Of a stretch of 64,000 nucleotides of DNA, positions 52,423-61,147 are shown in pieces (within the stretch, counting starts at the first letter, position 1; each line of letters begins with the position of its first letter). The notes under the pieces were generated by a model, which was given only the letters and a program-made list of their open reading frames with translations, was not told the origin of the DNA and ran no database searches. The position numbers and the translations under genes are program-made. Source of the DNA: an uncultured Candidatus Saccharibacteria bacterium (GTDB lineage Bacteria; Patescibacteriota; Minisyncoccia; Phycocordibacterales; UBA9973); assembly GCA_964500465.1 (NCBI GenBank), contig CAZCNB010000001.1, forward strand, positions 34,567-98,566. Direction: 5' to 3'.

Positions 52423-52529
52423 ATGAGTCTCGTAAGTATGACGGATACGATCGTAAGTGAATATCTTCAATAGCAATATTGATAGCGCTTGTGAGTCTCA
52501 TAAAGAAAACCCCATCAGGGGCTTTTTTT
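52423..52529 (+). ncRNA. Candidate orphan structured small RNA
   Basis: Long closing stem 52423-52437/52486-52501, GCAA-capped hairpin, own terminator 52503-52529. Confidence 0.45.
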
Positions 52530-52636
52530 ATACCTATATAAAAATATATAAAAAACCTTTACAAAAAGGACTTTAAGTATGGTATAATGTAAGTATTACT
52601 AGTAAAACTTTAACGCTCTATTTTGAGCAAAAAAAT

Positions 52637-52894
52637 ATGCCAGCAACAAAAACATCCGCATTTATGAAACCTATGAATATCAGTGCTGACCTAGCAGCTG
52701 TAGTAGGTAAGGGTCCTATGCCTCGTTCAGAAGTTGTAAAAGCTCTATGGGCTTACATAAAAAAGAACGGTCTTCAAGATCCAAAGAATAAGCGCAACAT
52801 AAATGCAGACGACAATCTAAAGAAAGTATTCGGTGGTAAAGGAGTTGTAAACATGTTTGAAATGACAAAACTCGTTTCAAAACACCTTTCATAA
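52637..52894 (+). CDS. Stand-alone SWIB/MDM2-domain protein
   Basis: SADLAAVVG, RSEVVKALWAYIKKNGLQDP, MFEMTKLVSKHL. Confidence 0.92.
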   Translation: MPATKTSAFMKPMNISADLAAVVGKGPMPRSEVVKALWAYIKKNGLQDPKNKRNINADDNLKKVFGGKGVVNMFEMTKLVSKHLS

Positions 52895-53007
52895 GAAAAA
52901 ATATAATCTATCAATATAAATGCCGCAGTAATGCGGTTTTTATATTTATCGATATAAAAGGAAAAAACGCGAACTCTAAGAGAACGCGCTTTTCATTGAA
53001 TTGGATT

Positions 53008-53214
53008 TTAGTCAGCTTTCTTAAACTGCAATCTTGGAATTAATAACCAAACCCCAATTAATATCACCGTAATAAGTGATAGGCAGTACACTGTTATACA
53101 AGCAACTGCCATTGGTTCTTTAATTAATTCATTCCAATGATTTATCATTATGGCACCCGTAGGCACCGCAAAGATAAAGAAGCCAACAAAAAGAACTGGG
53201 ATAACTCTTGTCAT
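53008..53214 (-). CDS. Small two-TM hypothetical protein
   Basis: Own TTGACA-N18-TATAAT promoter on the minus strand. Confidence 0.6.
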   Translation of the reverse strand: MTRVIPVLFVGFFIFAVPTGAIMINHWNELIKEPMAVACITVYCLSLITVILIGVWLLIPRLQFKKAD

Positions 53215-53337
53215 AGTTATGGATTTAATTGTGAGAATTATCTATATTATAGCATGTTTTTGCCTTATTTGTCAAATAAAATAACCTTATTTTACAGTGT
53301 TTTTTAAGAAAATTATCTAAAATGCTATAATTACTCT

Positions 53338-53952
53338 ATGAAAAAAAATTTAAAAAAAATACTAACCATAGGTTCTTTTGTGGCTTTAATTGTATTTTTA
53401 ATTAGCGGATACATACTAACAAAAGGAAAGGAAACTGAGTTTAATATACTGGAACAAAAAACGGCTGATTATAAAAAAACTACTCTTATAAGAGTATTAA
53501 GATCAGTAATAAGCTTGCCAGATGATAACAACATAACAGTGGGCATGAAAGATGGGGTTGGTAGTTATAAAATTCCTAGTATTAAAAGGGAAGGTGTATT
53601 AAAATTTGAAAATAATTTATTGACTACTAGTTTAGTAAAAGGAACATTTAAAATAGAAGATCCAAGACTAGACGCAATTATTCCTATGGCAGTTAGTTCT
53701 GATTCATTAGATGGATCAAAATACATTATATTATTTCACGATAGGGGGGACTTTGCTATTGAAAAATCGTATGCAAGAATTGGTAATTTAAATACAGAAA
53801 TTAAGAGTATTGAAATAATTGATAAAGACAAAGAAGTAAAAGAGCAGGATTATAGAGTGGTAATAAAATATTTAAATAATGGTAAGGAAAAAGAAACTAC
53901 TATACCAGTAGCTTCTGGGCATTTTGATCCTAGTAGGACGGTATCGAAATAG
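53338..53952 (+). CDS. Hypothetical membrane-anchored exported protein
   Basis: N-terminal TM; TGCTATAAT 6 nt before ATG. Confidence 0.65.
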   Translation: MKKNLKKILTIGSFVALIVFLISGYILTKGKETEFNILEQKTADYKKTTLIRVLRSVISLPDDNNITVGMKDGVGSYKIPSIKREGVLKFENNLLTTSLVKGTFKIEDPRLDAIIPMAVSSDSLDGSKYIILFHDRGDFAIEKSYARIGNLNTEIKSIEIIDKDKEVKEQDYRVVIKYLNNGKEKETTIPVASGHFDPSRTVSK

Positions 53953-53954
53953 GT

Positions 53955-54113
53955 TTATCTTTTTGTCTCCCTCCAATCGTATTCTTCATCCTCATCATCT
54001 TTTTTATCAACAATTGGGGTGCCACAGTTAGCACACTCTTCATCATATGATCTTAAACCACATCTAGGACAAGTTGGATCATTTTTTGTAGCATCTTCTA
54101 ATTCTTCTTCCAT
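53955..54113 (-). CDS. Small acidic zinc-ribbon protein (52 aa; below ORF-track cutoff)
   Basis: MEEELEDATKNDPTCPRCGLRSYDEECANCGTPIVDKKDDEDEEYDWRETKR: CPRC..CANC. Confidence 0.7.
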   Translation of the reverse strand: MEEELEDATKNDPTCPRCGLRSYDEECANCGTPIVDKKDDEDEEYDWRETKR

Positions 54114-54193
54114 AAAAATTATTATACTATATTAATATATAACAGAAAAAGTGCTAAAATATAAAATATTATTAGTAGAAAAAATTAAAATAT

Positions 54194-54256
54194 ATGGCAA
54201 AAGGAGTATCTCACAAGAAAGAAGCAAAGAAACCAAAGAAGGCAAAAAAGAAGTAG
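54194..54256 (+). CDS. 20-aa Lys-rich peptide
   Basis: MAKGVSHKKEAKKPKKAKKK, tandem TAG TAA stops, upstream TGCTAAAAT, terminator directly after. Confidence 0.55.
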   Translation: MAKGVSHKKEAKKPKKAKKK

Positions 54257-54296
54257 TAACAAAAAACCCTCAATCATAATTGAGGGTTTTTTGTTA
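54257..54296. terminator. Bidirectional terminator
   Basis: TAACAAAAAACCCTCAAT-CATA-ATTGAGGGTTTTTTGTTA. Confidence 0.88.
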
Positions 54297-54302
54297 GGTT
54301 AA

Positions 54303-54500
54303 CTATGCACGTTGTACGTTTACAGCGCTAGGTCCTTTTGCAGTTTCTTCTGTGTCAAAAGTAACAGCATCACCTTCACGTAATTCATCGAATGATACGT
54401 TTACAAGAGAGTTACTGTGAAAGAATAGATCTTTTGCAAGTCCTTCTCCTGTTATGAAACCGAAACCTTTATCAGTAAGCTTTTTTATTGAGCCAGTCAT
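54303..54500 (-). CDS. Cold-shock domain protein
   Basis: KGFGFI, DLFFH, KGPSAVNV. Confidence 0.93.
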   Translation of the reverse strand: MTGSIKKLTDKGFGFITGEGLAKDLFFHSNSLVNVSFDELREGDAVTFDTEETAKGPSAVNVQRA

Positions 54501-54767
54501 TGATTTGATTTGTTATAAATTGTTAAAAATAAGATAGATGTATAAAAATCGACTTTTTTCTAGATAGACCTTATGTTCTAAGATATTACAATATTTAAAG
54601 TTTTTTGTCAAAATTTAGTATTATAAGATAATAAAATATTGACAAAATTTGATATAAATGATATTCTTTAAACGTTGAAATACTCCTAAGTGCGTGTATA
54701 TAAGTGTTTCAATCTTTTGCCTGATTTACAGGTAATTATTTATTTTTGAAACACGTAAAATTTAATT

Positions 54768-56048
54768 ATGATTACAAGCAGTAAAAAAAGCTCCAGTAAG
54801 AGCTCATATTCACACGGTCCCAAAAGACCTAATTCTAATTTTAAAAAGAGTTCGAGATCTGAATTTCGTAAAGATAAACCTTCATTTAGAGGTAAACCTT
54901 TTAATAATCGAAATAGTAGGAACAAGAAAAAAAATCTGTTTGAAAGAATAGATGTATCTAGGTTTATAAGCAAAGCAACTATTGTAGAGAAGGAAGAAAT
55001 ATATCTTCCAACTCACACGTTTAGTGATTTTGCTATAGATGCTCGACTAAAAACTGCAATTGCAAACAAACAATATATCTATCCAAGTCCTATTCAAGAT
55101 AAATCCATACCTCATGCACTTGAAGGCAGAGATATTTTAGGTATAGCAAACACTGGCACAGGTAAAACTGCAGCGTTTTTGATACCTATAATAAACAAGA
55201 TATTAAAAGATCATAAAGAAACTGCAATAATAATTGCCCCAACCCGTGAACTTGCGCTTCAAATAGAGAAAGAATTTGTAGAATTTACAAAAGGAATGAA
55301 AATATGGTCGGTATCTTGTGTTGGTGGTGCACCAATATTTGCACAAATAAAAAACCTACGCAGAGGATGTAATGTAGTTATAGGAACACCAGGTAGGTTA
55401 CTTGACCTTGTTAAGCGTAAAGAAATAGATTTATCAGACACTAAAAGTGTTGTGCTTGATGAAGCAGATAGAATGTTAGATATGGGATTCATAGATGATA
55501 TTACATTTCTTCTTGAAAAAACTTCCAAAGATAGGCAAGGCTTCTTCTTCTCAGCTACACTTCCAAAGCCTATAGAAAAGCTAATTGAAAAATTTGCGAA
55601 AGATCCAGTACGTGTGATGGTAAAGACACGTGATACTTCAAAAAATGTTGAACAAGATATTGTTCGTGTCGCTCGTGGAGTAGAGAAAATAGATGTACTT
55701 ACAGAATTGCTTCAAAAAAATGATGAATTCAAGAAAGTTGTAATTTTCTCAGAAATGAAACATGCAGTAGAGAAACTTGCAAACGAGCTAATCAAGAGGG
55801 GATTTAAAGCCGGTAGTATACATGGAGACAAACGACATAATGATAGGCAAAGAACTCTTAAAAAATTTAAAGACAACGAAATAAATATACTAGTTGCTAC
55901 AGATGTAGCTGCAAGGGGTTTAGATATTCCAAACGTGACTCATGTCATAAATTATGAAATACCTCAAACATATGACACCTACGTTCACCGTATAGGCCGT
56001 ACAGGCCGTGCTAGTGCCAAAGGTTTTGCCCTTACTTTTGTTGGTTAA
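54768..56048 (+). CDS. DEAD-box RNA helicase
   Basis: Q motif, GTGKT, PTRELA, DEAD, SAT, HRIGRTGR. Confidence 0.96.
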   Translation: MITSSKKSSSKSSYSHGPKRPNSNFKKSSRSEFRKDKPSFRGKPFNNRNSRNKKKNLFERIDVSRFISKATIVEKEEIYLPTHTFSDFAIDARLKTAIANKQYIYPSPIQDKSIPHALEGRDILGIANTGTGKTAAFLIPIINKILKDHKETAIIIAPTRELALQIEKEFVEFTKGMKIWSVSCVGGAPIFAQIKNLRRGCNVVIGTPGRLLDLVKRKEIDLSDTKSVVLDEADRMLDMGFIDDITFLLEKTSKDRQGFFFSATLPKPIEKLIEKFAKDPVRVMVKTRDTSKNVEQDIVRVARGVEKIDVLTELLQKNDEFKKVVIFSEMKHAVEKLANELIKRGFKAGSIHGDKRHNDRQRTLKKFKDNEINILVATDVAARGLDIPNVTHVINYEIPQTYDTYVHRIGRTGRASAKGFALTFVG

Positions 56049-56111
56049 TAATCACGATTTGACATGTAATAATATATATGATAAATTGTAGGTCACTAAA
56101 TTAGTTTCCTT

Positions 56112-56219
56112 ATGCGTTTGAACAACAAGCACAACAGAAAGTCCCCGGATAAAATCCGTGGCAACGGTAGCAAAAGAAAGGGTAAAGGTTTCAAAAACAA
56201 AACAAAACCTTACCGTTAA
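56112..56219 (+). CDS. 35-aa basic peptide
   Basis: MRLNNKHNRKSPDKIRGNGSKRKGKGFKNKTKPYR; TTGACA-N17-TAAATT promoter (56059-56087); terminator ~56247-56290. Confidence 0.5.
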   Translation: MRLNNKHNRKSPDKIRGNGSKRKGKGFKNKTKPYR

Positions 56220-56343
56220 AATTATTAAGCCGGGGGTTCAATCAAACAGGTCAGCGAAGCATTATGCGAGCTGGCCTTGTTTTTATTTTGGTTGACATTT
56301 AACCCTTACGAGTATATAAACAAATTAACTAAATCTTTATGTC

Positions 56344-56487
56344 ATGAGGAAGTCAAACACACGCAAAAAAGTACTCCGCTGGATACTTGCGGATTTGCGA
56401 ATCGCATTCAAAAAAGCAAAAATAAGAAAAAAATTAAATGAAGCTTACCATAAAATGATAAACTCAAGACCAAGAATTTACTGGTAA
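56344..56487 (+). CDS. 47-aa basic peptide
   Basis: MRKSNTRKKVLRWILADLRIAFKKAKIRKKLNEAYHKMINSRPRIYW; TTGACA at 56292; long hairpin terminator ~56496-56548. Confidence 0.5.
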   Translation: MRKSNTRKKVLRWILADLRIAFKKAKIRKKLNEAYHKMINSRPRIYW

Positions 56488-56562
56488 GACTTCCAAAGGG
56501 GGTCAGTGCATATCTGTTTATGATAGATATATACTGGCCCTTTCTTTTGATATAATATAAAA

Positions 56563-56949
56563 ATGAAAAAGTATGAAAAAGAAGTAAGTAAATATCTTAA
56601 AGAAAGGAGTTGGGACAAGTTAAGGCCAGGGGATGTTGCCAAATCTATTTCAATAGAATCTGCTGAACTTCTTGAAATATTTCAATGGACTAATCCGACA
56701 TTGGAAGAAGTAAAAAAAGATAAGGAAAAATTAAAACAGATCCAAAAAGAACTATCGGATGTACTTATTTATTGTTTTAATATGAGTGTACTTTTGAATT
56801 TAGATACAGGAAAAATACTATTAGAAAAATTAAATCAAGTAAAAAAGAAATATCCTGCACATTTATTTAAAAACAGAGATAAAAATATAGATGCAGGCTC
56901 AGAAGAAATTTATTGGAAAATAAAACAAGCTTATAGAAAAAATAAATAA
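56563..56949 (+). CDS. MazG-like nucleotide pyrophosphohydrolase
   Basis: ERSW, SISIESAELLEIFQW, ELSDVLIY, KKYP. Confidence 0.88.
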   Translation: MKKYEKEVSKYLKERSWDKLRPGDVAKSISIESAELLEIFQWTNPTLEEVKKDKEKLKQIQKELSDVLIYCFNMSVLLNLDTGKILLEKLNQVKKKYPAHLFKNRDKNIDAGSEEIYWKIKQAYRKNK

Positions 56950-57011
56950 AAAAACTCCCAGAACAACTTGCGTCGTAATGGGAGGTTAACCAATTTATAG
57001 AACCAGTTTTG

Positions 57012-57704
57012 TTAAACGATTTCGTACAATTTACTAAGATCGTTATACTCTACATTTCCCCGGAAATATTCGGCGATTTTAGTGTCATAAGCCGCCAAAG
57101 TTTCAAACGTCCTCAGAAAACCCCGGAAACGCTGTGAGAGCGTTGTGTGGCCATGATGAGCGTTAATCTCACCAATGAGTGAATCGTAAGCTTCAGATGT
57201 GTAATCCGGTACTGTCATGACACGGTGGAAGTTTTTTCCAGCAGCTCGTAAAGCTGAAGGTCCGCCTACATCAATATGCCCTCGTGCCACTTCAGCAGTG
57301 ACATCTGCACTTGATATAACTTTTTCAAACGGGTAGAGATCCACCACCACAAGATCAATTGGCACGGCACTTTCTCTGGCCAAATCAGCCTGGTGAGCTT
57401 CTGAAAAAGTTTCAGTGAGATAACCGAGGAAAAACTTATGGTGGAGAGTTTTCACCAACCCTCCATCTGTTTCCGGCATGCCTGTGTATTGTGAAGCTTC
57501 AAACAGACGGCCTTTTGATGTTGAGAGGTCCATCTCTTTATCGAGATGGGTATAAGTTCCGCCGCTTGAAAAAATTTTCAAACCAGGACAGATACTGAGC
57601 AGTTGCTCAACAAGTTGTCCGAGTTGGCTTTTATCATATACTGATATAAAAGCATGCTTAACAGGTACTAAGTCCTGTATTTTTTTTACGTTTCTGATAG
57701 ACAT
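57012..57704 (-). CDS. Stand-alone IMP cyclohydrolase domain (PurH N-terminal, MGS-like)
   Basis: AFISVYDK, SSGGT, YTGMPE..GGLVKTLH, DLVVVDLYPF, IDVGGP..RAAGKN, YD; no transformylase domain. Confidence 0.8.
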   Translation of the reverse strand: MSIRNVKKIQDLVPVKHAFISVYDKSQLGQLVEQLLSICPGLKIFSSGGTYTHLDKEMDLSTSKGRLFEASQYTGMPETDGGLVKTLHHKFFLGYLTETFSEAHQADLARESAVPIDLVVVDLYPFEKVISSADVTAEVARGHIDVGGPSALRAAGKNFHRVMTVPDYTSEAYDSLIGEINAHHGHTTLSQRFRGFLRTFETLAAYDTKIAEYFRGNVEYNDLSKLYEIV

Positions 57705-57775
57705 ACAAAGTGGTTTTATTGTTTTTTGAATTTAAATACTTACTAGTAAATTAGCATTTACTTAATATTTGTCAA

Positions 57776-57804
57776 TTGACACATAAATACCATTCAAGTA
57801 AACT
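57776..57804 (+). promoter_or_regulatory. Sigma70 promoter of leader peptide/ocd
   Basis: TTGACA-N17-TAAACT; TGTCAATTGACA palindrome also gives a -35 for the divergent gene. Confidence 0.75.
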
Positions 57805-57816
57805 AGGATTATACGT

Positions 57817-57873
57817 ATGATAAAAAATATTTCAAATATAATTGCATTTAACCCGGCACCGACTCCTAGATAG
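57817..57873 (+). CDS. Pro-rich leader peptide (18 aa)
   Basis: MIKNISNIIAFNPAPTPR; three Pro codons overlap attenuator segment 1. Confidence 0.75.
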   Translation: MIKNISNIIAFNPAPTPR

Positions 57874-57940
57874 CAGTCGGGGTATATTATTTTTATCATA
57901 TACATTTAAGCGGCCCCGACCAAGAAGGGGTTTTTATTTT
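57851..57940 (+). promoter_or_regulatory. Transcription attenuator (1:2, 2:3 antiterminator, 3:4 terminator)
   Basis: CCGACT/AGTCGG, GTCGGGGT/GCCCCGAC, GGCCCC/GGGGTT plus T-tract. Confidence 0.78.
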
Positions 57941-57977
57941 GTAAAATCTCCAAAGCTAAATGTTTAAAACATATAAA

Positions 57978-58997
57978 ATGAAAATTATAACTGAAGAAGT
58001 ATTAACTGAAATAATAAAAAAGCACGGTTTTGAAAACTTTATAAAAGACTTAATGGTAAAGTTGAAGGAAGATTTTTCTAGATGGCAAGAATTCAATAAG
58101 ATTCCTCGTCCGGCTATGCATGTGCCAGGGGGAGTTTTAGAGCTTATGCCTATATGTGACGATAAATACTACACATTTAAGTACGTCAATTGCCATCCTA
58201 AAAATCCTGAATCAAACCTTATGACAGTTGTTGCAACTGGTCAGCTTTCTCGTATAGATACTGGATACCCACTTATGTTTGGGGAAATGACACTAATGAC
58301 TGCACTTCGTACAGCCGCAACTACTGCAATAGCTACAGATTTAATGGCAAGAAATGATAGTACAGTGCTTGCAATAATAGGCACAGGGGCACAGAGTGAA
58401 TTCCTAGTTAAAGCTATTGGAATGGTGCGTGATATCAAAGAAGTCAGGTATTTTGATACAGATACTAATGCGATGGATAAATTTGAGAGAAACATGGAAG
58501 GAAGTTCGTTTAAACTAATTCGTTGCCAAAGTGGAGAAGAAACAGTGTTGGGCGCTGATATAATAACCACATGTACTGCATGTAAAGCAAATGTAGATGT
58601 CTTAAAAAACTCCTGGATAAAAGAAGGGGTTCATATTAATGGAATCGGTGGTGATACGATTGGAAAAACTGAATTGGAATTTGAAATACTATCTAGATGT
58701 AAAATAGTGGTTGAATACTTCGATCAATGTGTTATAGAAGGGGAAATACAACGTTTTAAGAAAGAAGAAGCTCGTAGTAAGGTGTACGCTGAATTAAATG
58801 AGATAATTAGAGGTGAAAAAGAGGTGAGAATTAATGATGAAGATATAACTCTTTATGACTCAGTTGGTATTGGACTTGAAGATTATTCAGTATTAAGATT
58901 TACTTACGAACTAGCTAGTAAATACAATTTAGGAAAAGAATTAAATCTAACTCCAAATATAGCTGACCCTAAAGATTTAATAGGATTATTAAAATAA
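57978..58997 (+). CDS. ocd: Ornithine cyclodeaminase
   Basis: GVLELMP, FKYVNCHPKN, TALRTAA, IGTGAQSEF, GGDTIGKTEL, DSVGIGLED; alternative start 57960. Confidence 0.9.
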   Translation: MKIITEEVLTEIIKKHGFENFIKDLMVKLKEDFSRWQEFNKIPRPAMHVPGGVLELMPICDDKYYTFKYVNCHPKNPESNLMTVVATGQLSRIDTGYPLMFGEMTLMTALRTAATTAIATDLMARNDSTVLAIIGTGAQSEFLVKAIGMVRDIKEVRYFDTDTNAMDKFERNMEGSSFKLIRCQSGEETVLGADIITTCTACKANVDVLKNSWIKEGVHINGIGGDTIGKTELEFEILSRCKIVVEYFDQCVIEGEIQRFKKEEARSKVYAELNEIIRGEKEVRINDEDITLYDSVGIGLEDYSVLRFTYELASKYNLGKELNLTPNIADPKDLIGLLK

Positions 58998-59008
58998 TAA
59001 TTAAACTT

Positions 59009-59347
59009 ATGATAACAATAGATGATTTTGAAAAAGTTGATATTAGATTAGGTAAAGTAATAAACGTAGAAGATTTCCCAGAAGCCAAAAAACCAGCGTA
59101 TAAACTCACAATTGATTTTGGGGCTGAAGTTGGAATCAAGAGGTCTAGTGTACAACTTGTTGGAACATATAAAAAAGAGGAATTAATAGGTATGCTTGTT
59201 TGCTGTGTGATAAATTTCCCACCAAGGCAAGTAGGCCCTTTTATGTCTGAAGTTCTAACTTTAGGATTCAAAAATACAGAAAGCATGGGATATGTACTTA
59301 TAACTCCTTCAAAAAATACTGTACAAATAGGGGATAAACTTTGCTAA
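59009..59347 (+). CDS. csaA: CsaA-like tRNA-binding/chaperone protein
   Basis: DFEKVDIRLG, KPAYKLTIDFG, INFPPRQVGPFMSEVLTLG. Confidence 0.88.
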   Translation: MITIDDFEKVDIRLGKVINVEDFPEAKKPAYKLTIDFGAEVGIKRSSVQLVGTYKKEELIGMLVCCVINFPPRQVGPFMSEVLTLGFKNTESMGYVLITPSKNTVQIGDKLC

Positions 59348-59394
59348 TTTGTTAATAATATATTATTCACACAAAGGTTTGATATAATGTATTT

Positions 59395-60267
59395 ATGAAA
59401 GAAGAGTTAAAATTTGGACACCTTAGAAAAGACCTTGAAAGAAATAAGGCAATAGCTACTAAGCACATAGAGGAGGGTGTTACATATGATCAAATTTACG
59501 ATTCTACTTTACACAACATAGGGAGTAGCTTTTCAAAAGTACTACCAGAAAACTATATCACGCATGTAAATAATAATAATGCGGCTAAAATAGAAGATTT
59601 TGGAGAAGCATTTAAAAAATATATAGAAGATACCTTATCAAAAAAAGAAAGTGGTAATAGAACGGCAATAGAATTTGGTGGACCTGGTTCAAAATTATTT
59701 TCTGGATTTTCAAATAGTTTTTTTAGCAAAACAGTTGGAGTTTGTCTTGAAGATCTTCGTCCTGTATATAAAAAAATGAGCGATAGTGAACGAGGGCATT
59801 CTGTCGTAGTGGCTGATATATTAGAAACAAACGATAAAGAAAAATTTACTGAAATTGAAAATAGTTTAGGAAATAGAAAAGTTGATCTTATTGTGTCTCG
59901 ATTAATGGGTCCACTAAATAGTGAGAAAAAAATACAAGGAGCCATTATATTAAAAAGAAATCCAGCTGTTCTAGATAGGGTAATTAGAAAATGGTATAGC
60001 ATGTTAAACGATGGAGGATTACTATTTGCACAATTTGAATATTTTGATGAACACGACCCATATATTGAAAAGAAACGTGAATCAGAACTCAATCAACCTC
60101 CGATCATGGAAATTGAAGAAAATGTTAAAAATTGGGTAAATGAAATAAATAAAAAATTTTCAGACAAAATAGAAATTCAACTTGGAAGAGGTATTATTAG
60201 ATTACTTAAAAAACCTGGGGCACCAGAAGAACTACCAAAAATAACTGAACTATTTAAAGTCAAATAA
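59395..60267 (+). CDS. Hypothetical protein, class I SAM-methyltransferase-like fold
   Basis: AIEFGGPG, VDLIVS, MLNDGG motifs; weak. Confidence 0.5.
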   Translation: MKEELKFGHLRKDLERNKAIATKHIEEGVTYDQIYDSTLHNIGSSFSKVLPENYITHVNNNNAAKIEDFGEAFKKYIEDTLSKKESGNRTAIEFGGPGSKLFSGFSNSFFSKTVGVCLEDLRPVYKKMSDSERGHSVVVADILETNDKEKFTEIENSLGNRKVDLIVSRLMGPLNSEKKIQGAIILKRNPAVLDRVIRKWYSMLNDGGLLFAQFEYFDEHDPYIEKKRESELNQPPIMEIEENVKNWVNEINKKFSDKIEIQLGRGIIRLLKKPGAPEELPKITELFKVK

Positions 60268-60328
60268 AAAAACCGATGCTTTGGAAAGCAGAGCGGTTAA
60301 AAAATTATTTAATATTTTCGGTTTAAAT

Positions 60329-61147
60329 TTAGAAAATTAGTCTATCACCAACTGATATCAGGCCAATTCCTTCATGATTAAAATTTCTCGCAAACACAAC
60401 TCCTTCTTTAGTCCTACGATACTTTGAAAGAGTAAGTAGAGGTTCTTTTCCTTGTTCAGCTGTTATCTGATTTGTGGTGGTGATAGGACACCTCACACAG
60501 AGGTTCATGCCAATAAATTTAACTCCACCTATACTGAAGTCTGGCATTGTATCCTCAAAATATGGATCACAACCGGTGATAACAATGTTTGGCCGAAACC
60601 TATTCATTGGCAATTTCTCTTCAAGCCGGCTATTCAAATCAGCGAGAGAGGAATCAGACACAATCAGAAAAGGGTAAGCATCTGCAAAGCCTAAGTTGGC
60701 ACTGCCAGCTCTGGCTATGCGATTTGCATCATTTGGAATTCTTACTAATCTGTATTTACCAGGTACTTCTCTGGAAAGGTATTCTGTAGCCCATAGAGCT
60801 GCTTGATTACCTTGATCAATTCCTTCTGTAAAAGAATCCCACACTCTAACCGTATGTATTATCACACCCCCATCATCAAGAGGTAATACTAATTCCGGCA
60901 TATCTGGGGCAGTTAAAATTAGACTTTCAGATGTAATTTTTGTACCTATTTTGCACATTATTTTCACACCTTTGGTTCCAACTTTTTTATCGCCCCTTTG
61001 AGCGATGAAAGATCCTTCTTCATTTATAAACATCCAGTTGCGATCGTATTTTAAGCCCATACGACCAACCATTGCTGTGTCCATTGATATACCTGCACAT
61101 GATTTCACAGGATAGAAGTTAATCTCAGATATTCTTATATTTTCCAT
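60329..61147 (-). CDS. MOSC-domain protein (YcbX/mARC-like)
   Basis: YPVKSCAG, DRNWM, FADAYP, RFRPNIV, CVRC. Confidence 0.9.
   Translation of the reverse strand: MENIRISEINFYPVKSCAGISMDTAMVGRMGLKYDRNWMFINEEGSFIAQRGDKKVGTKGVKIMCKIGTKITSESLILTAPDMPELVLPLDDGGVIIHTVRVWDSFTEGIDQGNQAALWATEYLSREVPGKYRLVRIPNDANRIARAGSANLGFADAYPFLIVSDSSLADLNSRLEEKLPMNRFRPNIVITGCDPYFEDTMPDFSIGGVKFIGMNLCVRCPITTTNQITAEQGKEPLLTLSKYRRTKEGVVFARNFNHEGIGLISVGDRLIF

Noticed and set aside
52423-52501. Resemblance of the three-way junction to a hammerhead ribozyme
   Set aside because: Core CUGANGA/GAAA/UH is not matched (ATGACGG, GAAT); no SRP or riboswitch consensus recognised either
52333-52636. Possible replication origin (AT-rich, DnaA box)
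   Set aside because: Only one box, no cluster, and no dnaA/dnaN nearby
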